From: Octopus sinensis
Taxonomy: Eukaryota
Length of the DNA stretch: 64,000 bases
Assembly (NCBI RefSeq): GCF_006345805.1
Contig: NC_042999.1
Span: forward strand, 53,878,001 to 53,942,000
Direction of reading: 5' to 3'
The notes beneath the pieces are model-generated. The model searched no databases. It saw nothing but the letters and a program-made list of their open reading frames with translations, and was not told the origin of the DNA. Positions 53,038-64,000 of the stretch are shown here, one piece after another. The first letter of the stretch is position 1; the number at the start of each line of letters is the position of its first letter. The position numbers were made by a program, and so were the translations under genes.

Positions 53038-54612
53038 GTATATATATATATGTATGTGCTGTGTATGTGTGTGTGTATGTGTGTGTGTGTGTGTGTATGT
53101 CTGTGTGTCTGTGTGTGTTCGTGTATATATAAGTATTTATGAATGTATATGTATGCATGTATATGTATGTAAATAACCTTGTCCGGGAGGGTAACTTTCT
53201 AGGTGAAGTCCCATGGTCAGTCATGACCGAAGGTGGTCTCAGCACATGTATGTACATCGTATCTTTCATCCGTTGGCCATTGTTACTTGTAATACAGTCA
53301 GAAGTAGAGGTACCTACTCAAAGATAGTATATAGATTAGACCACCATTTAAAGTATATCACACACGATTTCATAAAACCCACAAATTCTAACCTTGCTAT
53401 AATGAAGGGGCAAAAATATATCGTCTGTCATTGTTGCTTCGCTTGGTTTGATAATGTCTTCCTTCTACCAGGAATGGAAGTTCTGAAAACGATTACGGGC
53501 GCTGCCCTCCACCCTTTCAGAAGAACATTATCAATAAAAACTGCAATTATATTTGCTAGTTCTTAAAAATCCACAAATCTTAACGATTCCATTAAATAAC
53601 AAATGGTTGCAAGTGAATCTACACATCCACCCCAACTCCATCGCATATCTTTGTATGGGCTAATTAGGATTTTGGAAAATGTTCGATTCCCTAGTTTCCA
53701 CTAGATTGTCTGCAATCAATAGCACTCGTCTCTATACGGTTCGGTATTGAAGTAAATGGAATATAGATTAAGACAGATAACGAGATTGTTACTTTATACT
53801 TGGAAAATCTTGAATACAGATTCCGGCAGAGAAAAAGATCTGCTTTGTAACATTATTAGTATATATGATAATTTTGTGAAATGGAAAGAAGAGCTGGAAG
53901 GAAAGAAGGAAGGAATGAAGGAAGGGTGGCAGGAAGAAACAGAGAGAAAAGGAGAGAAAGAGAAATAATAAAGGAAGAGAGAAAGAAGTAAAGAAAGATA
54001 AAAGCAAAGAGAGAGAATGAAAGAAGATAGATCGATAGATATGTAGGCAGATAGATAAGCAAGAAGATAGACAGAGCGAGAGAGAGAGAATGAAACGAAG
54101 GAAAGAAGAATGAAAAAAACAGATAGAAAGAAGGGAAGAGATAAATAGAAAGAAACAGTGAAAGAAAAGAAAGAAGAAATGAGTGTAGAAAATAATGCGA
54201 ATGTTTCAAAAATTATTCCATGAAATAATTTTCTGTAAAATAAGTAAAATGTTCTTCGATTTCATTGGTTGCGTTGAGATGTTTATTTGATTCTATTGAA
54301 CATTAGTAAATGATTGACAGCTGGTAGCAGAGAATCAGTGAAAATATTTCTATAGAAATGGAAGGAGAGAGATTGATGGAGTCGAAGAGAGATGAGAAGG
54401 AGAGAGAAGTAGGGTAGGTCACGGGAGGTGCTGTTACTGACATCGAGATATAAATATCAGACGTACGGGAGGGGTAGGAGGAAGAAAAAAATCATATAAT
54501 TATATATGTAAAGAGACAATAGCGGATAGACATATATAGGCGTACACGAGCAGACATACACATACACACTCACACAAACACACGCACACACACGTACACA
54601 CATATATGCATG

Positions 54613-54655
<43 letters not shown>

Positions 54656-54694
54656 CCGTAATATCAGCACCAAAGTGTGTTTAGGCATGAAGAA

Positions 54695-56260
<1,566 letters not shown>

Positions 56261-56476
56261 ACTTTACTTATAGAAGAGGCTTTGCTGATCCACCGCTTCA
56301 ACCCGAAAATTAACAGTCGATCGGAGTTGAGCCGGTGACTCTTATGGTAGCATCTAACAGATGGTAAATAGCTTACAACAACGGCTGAGCTTTGTTTACA
56401 CCAACACTCGAACAGCCAGCAACTCTTGAAGGGTGACTGCCACCACCACCACCACCACCGTTACTACTACTACAAT

Positions 56477-56642
56477 CCCTATTTCTTTATTACCCACAAG
56501 GGGCTAAACGTAGAGGGGACAAACAAGGACAGACATAGGTATTAAGTCGATTACATCAACCCCAGTGCGTAACTGGTGCTTAACTTAACGACCCCGAAAG
56601 GCAAAGTCGACCTCGGCGGAATTTGAACTCACAACGTAACGG
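56477..56642 (-). mobile_element. SINE family B copy (5'-truncated)
   Basis: Reverse complement of 57578-57746. Confidence 0.8.
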
Positions 56643-56894
56643 CGCCGTCAGCCGGGTGTTTGTTGTCCGTTTACTCCGACGCGTGGAACGTCGATTACAC
56701 CAACATTTCGAGAGCGACTGCCGCTGTCATATAAACGCTAGGAAGTCTGAATGGATTCACGGATTAACTGGACTGCTTTTTTTCCTCTAAAGATGGGCTT
56801 TAGCGCCTGAGATATAATGGTTTTATTAAAGTTACCGCATTGTCAGAAGCTGTCGTCTATCATCTCATTTTTTACATTCTTACACACACACCTG

Positions 56895-56925
<31 letters not shown>

Positions 56926-56967
56926 TGTGTGTGTGTGTGTGTGAGGTTGCACTTGGGCGCTAATGTT

Positions 56968-57260
56968 TCATGATCGGGTCGTCGGCGACTAAGCTGGCAA
57001 CCCCATCAAGCTTTCTTGGTGAGGAGGGTGATTGTTGGACACCCTGCAGGAGGAAAAATAAGACCTGTCAAAGGGTGGAAATGCTCATGAGCAGTCAACA
57101 GCCATCCAATAACTTGTGTACATGTGTATGCATGCAGGGGGATATGAAAACACCTGGGTTGGTGTCCAGGCGTGGGATTGGCCCACAAGGAGTGACAGGC
57201 CCCTCTGTTGCTGTCACAACATCTCTATAGGAGAGGGGAAACTGAGAGAAAACCTGCAAC
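56968..57260 (+). mobile_element. Second copy of the RTE-like leader repeat
   Basis: Similarity to 19816-20090, including taggagaggggaaact. Confidence 0.55.
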
Positions 57261-57513
57261 ACTGACAATTTTCGATGATGTAGATTAGTTCTCCTTTTGG
57301 AGTTTATGTCCTCCATGTTCAGAGAGTGGAACTGGATTTTTGCAAATCCTTTCTCCACTATAAAAAATCCTCATGCACAGGCATCACTTGTAAAAAAAAA
57401 AAGACTAAAACATATCACAAAAATGGCTGGTCGTAGCCTTCGTATGTGTGGGACTCTTGATCAGGCAATGGCAATACTCGAACATGAGTTTGCAGCCATC
57501 ATATATATATATT

Positions 57514-57746
57514 AAGGCGGCGAGCTGGCAGAAACGTTAGCACGCCGGGCGACCTGCGTAGCCGTATTTCGTCTGTCGTTACGTTCCGAGTTCAAATTCC
57601 GCCGAGGTCGACTTTGCCTTTCATCCTTTCGGGGTCGATAAATTAAGTACCAGTTACACACTGGGGTCGATGTAATCGACTTAATCCCTTTGTCTGTCCT
57701 TGTTTGTCCCCTCTGTGTTTAGCCCCTTGTGAGTAGTAAAGAAATA
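57514..57746 (+). mobile_element. SINE family B copy (young)
   Basis: Near-identical to 52644-52876. Confidence 0.85.
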
Positions 57747-57757
57747 TATATATATAT

Positions 57758-58076
57758 TCTTTTATTCTTTTACTTGTTTAAGTCATTTAACTGCGGCCAT
57801 GCTGGATCACCGCCTTAAAAGATCTTTTTTTTATAAAGGAAGAAATCGAAACCAGGACTTATTTCTTAAGCGTAGAACTTATTATATCGTTGCCGAACCA
57901 CTAGGTTACGGGGACGTAAACAGACCAACATTGGTTGTCAAACGGTCACGCGGAGGACAAACACAGGCCCGAGACTATGATAAATGATATTTGCCCAAGG
58001 TGGAATATAGTGGGATTGAACCTAGAACCATGTTGTTGGAAAGCAACTTCTATACTGCACACCCATCCCTGCGCCT
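57758..58076 (-). mobile_element. SINE family A copy with the internal microsatellite region deleted. Further family A fragments lie at 1-90(+), 5480-5680(+), 16968-17175(-), 45344-45507(+) and 46778-46822(-).
   Basis: Same tail (ctgcggccatgctgga.caccgcc) and head (ttgcccaaggtg...gtggga.tgaacc) motifs. Confidence 0.75.
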
Positions 58077-59108
58077 ACACAGCCACGCTTGAATCGATGT
58101 TCTATATGGATTAAATAAAAACTAATTAATCTTCCATTTTCTATTAAAATAGCAGATAAAAGCAAGAAAGATGTACGGCAAAATATTTGGACATACCTGA
58201 AAATGACTGTTTATGGCACCTATTTCCCGAAAGTTCATTGTTAAATCTGAAAGAAAAGAGGAAAAAAGATATAAAAAAACCATGAGAGGAAGAAACTGAT
58301 ATTTGGGTCATTCAAATATTTTCTATTATTTGGTCTCCATCGTGAAATATGGGTTATTTAAGATAATTAGATCCCAACATCACAGGGGAAAATCTACAAA
58401 TATTATAGCGGAACATCATTAAAGAAGACGAATAAAGCACAGTTGCAAAAATGGCTGCAGTGAATGGACTCACGCTAAATATGGCTTTGTAGATTGGAGA
58501 ACAGTTGGACGAGGGCAAGTGAAATGGTTAATCCTGCAACTGTGGGGTTCTTTCATTGGCCCTAGTACGAGGTTGTCCTTTAAGAGAACTGTAACATTCA
58601 TGTTGTCACTTATTTAGCATACAGTTGCCAACATTCTTGGTGAGGGGAGCCGGATTTATAGTAATATTTCCATGTGTCTGTTTACTGGTTGCATAACTAA
58701 GACTTTTTGCATATTCCAGCAGCAAATTATGGACATTACAATTATTATATAACTTCGAGTTTCCTGAAACAGCTGTCGAGTTAAGAAATTTGGTATTTTA
58801 TTCTTAGTACTTTATATTTTTTGTTCTGTGTAAATATGCTTGTATATACATATGTATGTGTATGTGTGCATGTGTGCATGTGTGTGTGTATGAGTCTCAA
58901 TCCTAATTGTGTCTATCAGCGTCACTACCGCTATATTGCAGACAGTGGGTACTTTCAATTCATTCACCCAAAACTCATTCGCTCATAGTGTAGTGTACGT
59001 CATAGGAGAATAACTTGTTCCTTTTTAGAACACACTCGACTCTGGATGGATTCGGAAGAAATAGGCAAATATTCGTTCCAGATCTCAATGTACACGGGAC
59101 AAATTATT

Positions 59109-59189
<81 letters not shown>

Positions 59190-59198
59190 TTGTCTGTC

Positions 59199-59233
<35 letters not shown>

Positions 59234-59270
59234 CTATCTATCTATTTATCTATCTGTCTGTCTGTGTATA

Positions 59271-59274
<4 letters not shown>

Positions 59275-59324
<50 letters not shown>

Positions 59325-59424
59325 ATATATATATATATATATTTGTCTGTCTATCTGTCTCTATCGATCTGTCTGTCTGTATCTCTATCTATCCATCCAT
59401 CTATTCATCTAGCCATCCATCCAT

Positions 59425-59475
<51 letters not shown>

Positions 59476-60109
59476 TATCTATATCAGTATAACCGTTGGT
59501 TTACATGGCGATTCCTCGCATTATTGTAGCTGTCGAATGATGTCATCCATCTGGCTAGGTGGACAGGCAAATATACCCACTGCACAAAACGGCGAGTGCG
59601 TCACAAGTTTATTCATTCATTCACATACACACATACACACACACACACACACACGGATGGGCGGGCGGGCGCGTGTGTATGATGAGATGTATATAAATAA
59701 ACAATAATTGATGAAAACTTAATAGGAATGTCAACGCTGCAATGATTAATGGGCGACGTAAACGAAGAAAGTTTCATAATAAAAATTAGATTCAAGTTGG
59801 AATTGTATCAAACTCAGTATCGGAGTAACGAGGTGTATATTTGGTCTAATTAGATTTTCTATAGATTCTCATGGTTAGATGCTTGTTATTGATGAGTAAA
59901 CACATTGAAGAGTGGCTAGAATCAGTGATGCGCTGTTTTCGGTTTGGTCTCAGAGAAACTGAAACAGGTGGTTTACGCGAACAATGAGGAATATGCGTAG
60001 TTTTATAGATTTACATATTCGGCATTTATAGGATTCGTAATACATCAAATGGAGCCAAACATAATCGTCGACAAATATACACAAATATATGTATGCATAT
60101 GAATTTGTC

Positions 60110-60188
<79 letters not shown>

Positions 60189-60279
60189 ATATATATTTGT
60201 CTGTCTATCTGTCTCTATCGATCTGTCTGTCTGTATCTCTATCTATCCATCCATCTATTCATCTAGCCATCCATCCATC

Positions 60280-60327
<48 letters not shown>

Positions 60328-60417
60328 TTGTCTGTCTATCTGTCTCTATCGATCTGTCTGTCTGTATCTCTATCTATCCATCCATCTATTCATCTAGCCA
60401 TCCATCCATCCATATAT

Positions 60418-60459
<42 letters not shown>

Positions 60460-61091
60460 TATCTATATCAGTGTAACCGTTGGTTTACATGGCGATTCCT
60501 CGCATTATTGTAGCTGTCGAATGATGTCATCCATCTGGCTAGGTGGACAGGCAAATATACCCACTGCACAAAACGGCGAGTGCGTCACAAGTTTATTCAT
60601 TCATTCACATACACACATACACACACACACACACACACGGATGGGCGGGCGGGCGCGTGTGTATGATGAGATGTATATAAATAAACAATAATTGATGAAA
60701 ACTTAATAGGAATGTCAACGCTGCAATGATTAATGGGCGACGTAAACGAAGAAAGTTTCATAATAAAAATTAGATTCAAGTTGGAATTGTATCAAACTCA
60801 GTATCGGAGTAACGAGGTGTATATTTGGTCTAATTAGATTTTCTATAGATTCTCATGGTTAGATGCTTGTTATTGATGAGTAAACACATTGAAGAGTGGC
60901 TAGAATCAGTGATGCGCTGTTTTCGGTTTGGTCTCAGAGAAACTGAAACAGGTGGTTTACGCGAACAATGAGGAATATGCGTAGTTTTATAGATTTACAT
61001 ATTCGGCATTTATAGGATTCGTAATACATCAAATGGAGCCAAACATAATCGTCGACAAATATACACAAATATATGTATGCATATGAATTTG

Positions 61092-61120
<29 letters not shown>
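59275..61120. repeat. Near-perfect tandem duplication, period 984 bp, with a nested ~130-bp sub-duplication (60195-60440)
   Basis: 59470-60115 recurs at 60454-61099. The identical ORFs at 59613 and 60597 are 984 apart. Confidence 0.95.
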
Positions 61121-61126
<6 letters not shown>

Positions 61127-61148
61127 CTCTCGCTCTCTCTCTCTCTCG

Positions 61149-61183
<35 letters not shown>

Positions 61184-61447
61184 CATATATATATACACAT
61201 ATTTCTTTCTATCTCTCTATCTCTCCCTTCCACTTTCCCTCTCCGTCCCCCTTTCAATATATATATATATATATATACATACATACTTGCATACCTACGT
61301 ATACATAAATACACGCATATATATATATATATGGATATGTATGAATAGATAGATTGTTAGATAGATAGACAGACAGGCAGACAGATAGATAGATATATGC
61401 ATCTTCACATATACGTGTATGTATATGTAAACATATTGATGTGTGTG

Positions 61448-61488
<41 letters not shown>

Positions 61489-61600
61489 TAGAGGGAATCA
61501 TATACATATTACATATTACATATATATATGCTAGACCACTGGTGTGAAATCGATGTTAATTAAATTAATATCTAATTTCATACCCTCATTTTAATTTTAA

Positions 61601-61645
<45 letters not shown>

Positions 61646-63909
61646 TAGATAGATAGATAGATAGATGTATATATATACACATATACATATATATTTACAT
61701 GTATATATACTTATATATGTGCGTGTATGTGTGTGTATATATGTACGTATATACACATACACATAGTATTTACACTCGGGCTGCTATTAGTTTCATGCTG
61801 TGAAAACACAATAAACTGACAAACTTCTACAGCATGCTTTGTGCTTTCATGCAGGCTTTCAGATTCAAATACACGGCAAGTGGTCTCTTTTGCTAAAATA
61901 AATAATAGTTAAAGGCCTTTGATCTTTTAAAAAAATGTGAAACAAAACGAGAAGAAGGTAAACATGAAAAGTGGAATGAGAAAAAAGACAAAAGGATACA
62001 GGAAAAATAACCATCCAGAGTTACGTTCCTTTGCCCGTTCGAATCAGAATTAATATGGTTGGTGTAAATATATTTAACGAGAAGGTCAAAACCTGTGAAA
62101 CTACTTTTTAATTCTTAATGATTTCTTGTTTTTGTTTTCGTTTTTACATTTACCAACTTATCGTCCTTTTTAAGTTTGTTTTTTTCAAACAGTAACGCCC
62201 TTTCTCGTTTTGGTTTTCAAGAACGACCAGCTATGTTGTATATTTGAATCTGAATTATTTCTAGGAAACACAAAATTAGTGATACAAGCTTGTCAGATTA
62301 TTGTTTTCACAGCATGAAACTAATGGTGGCTTGAATTTATATGCCGTACCGTACAATTTAAATGATATTTATCTCTCAATGGATAGAATCTTTTTGTGTT
62401 GATCTCATCAAAAATGTTACAGTGAATCATATGTGTGTGTTTATGAGTATGTGTCTGTTTATGAATATGTGTGTGTGTGTGTGTGTTTGTGTGTGTTTGT
62501 GTTACAGGAACATCCTCGTATGATAACAGATAAACGGTGACACATGCATTCGAATTCCCTACTAGAAATCGCATAAACTCACACCTGCTGCTGCTGCTGC
62601 TGCTGGGAAATTTCACGTGCTGGGTGTGAGTTTTCCATGATGGTATTTTATATCATAGTCCTCTATCTCAATGATATTGAGCTCTAATTTTTCTGTTGTT
62701 ACACAAGTGCTCTATCGTAATATATAATATATATGGATGTATTTATATATATATATATAAGATTTTAGAATACAAACACATAGAAAATGAATAAATATTT
62801 CCTTCTCTTATAAAAAAAATGTATTGTGATATTCCGCGGGGTACAAATCTACAAACTGTGTAGGACAAAGCAGTGTCTTCATTTCATGATACCAAAGAAA
62901 CCTTTTGGCTAATCTGGCAGATGGAACAAGAATGTTATCTTTGTCCTCTGCCAGTATGGTATGAAAATCTATTGTGTAACGAGAAGAATGTATTTCTACG
63001 TTCTTACTTTCTTTTTCTTTCTTTTTATTTTTTGTATATTATTCAGAGATACATTGTCGAGAATGAATAGCTCAACATTTTGACAACACACGCACCACCA
63101 CCGTCCTACACCCATTTGCACATCATTACACAACAACCAATAAACTGCTTTGCCGATTCTAGGTACCATTCTTTGTATATTTATTTCTTATCTTTCCTGG
63201 AATCCGTTATAGACATCTGGGAGTCGAGGAATCTTCATTCGTCCAAGAAATTCTATTTCTTTTCTCTGTGCATTCGATAAAATATTTCCTGTCAGTAATA
63301 ACATTTTTTTTTTATTTCCGTGTTCGATTTATACGGCATTCACATACAAACCCACCAAACACATTCAGAATATTTTTACGGCCCTTCTTTCTGCATTTTA
63401 TCCGTTGCAGGGTATTTCTCTTACTAACAAACGAATGCATCGTTTCTTACGCCACAAACAAATCTAATGAGACTACCCTCATACTCTAAACTCGACACCT
63501 TATTAATCTAACAATTTCACTACCGTCGGCTTCGGAGCCCTCAGCATATATTTATCGATTATCTCTGAGAAGAAAAAGGTGTGCTTTCTGTGTTTTTGTT
63601 TTAATTTCATTTTCCGTGTCCTAATTCTCGATAGTTTATTATAAAATGAGAGAACACTTTCAGTCTGGAAGATTCCTATATTTATTTCAGTTTGGTGGAC
63701 AATCAATGACTAAAATAGATAAATAATTGGCCTTGCATGATTTATCAATAAATATTAAAAAATAACATGAGTGAAAGAATATGTTTGTGCAGTTTGACAA
63801 AAAAATAATAATGAAGGAGAAATGGTGGAGTGAAGAAGAAAGAAACAAATGATAGCAAAAGAACAAAAAGTAAAATAAGTTTTTACTAATTACATAAATA
63901 TTACATATA

Positions 63910-63952
<43 letters not shown>

Positions 63953-64000
63953 GAGAGAGATACTTGTACACACACACACAACACACACATATATATGTGT

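Overview
This is AT-rich, extremely microsatellite-dense animal genomic DNA. The SINE families and simple-repeat load suggest Octopus or another coleoid cephalopod, which is an inference rather than a database result. Nearly all entries in the ORF track are translations of simple repeats. One convincing host coding region is present: an uninterrupted 425-aa ORF at 12771-14048 (-). Its N-terminal coiled coil resembles the INSYN1/PRR16(Largen) DUF4589 family, and it is preceded by a 20-codon uORF and a splice acceptor at ~14424. The rest of the window is probably intron or intergenic DNA filled with mobile-element debris. This includes a decayed Penelope-like element (RT + GIY-YIG) with ~250-bp inverted terminal repeats, a second PLE fragment, a DD37D (maT) transposon remnant, R4/Dong-like LINE fragments in TAA arrays, an RTE-like structured leader (2 copies), and at least four tRNA-derived SINE families. 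The most notable pattern is a set of short foldback (inverted-repeat) elements built around or inside microsatellites. Some of them carry minimal type-I hammerhead ribozyme motifs of the kind found in Penelope pseudo-LTRs. There is a 100-N gap and a near-perfect 984-bp tandem duplication. Repeat boundaries were read by eye and are approximate.
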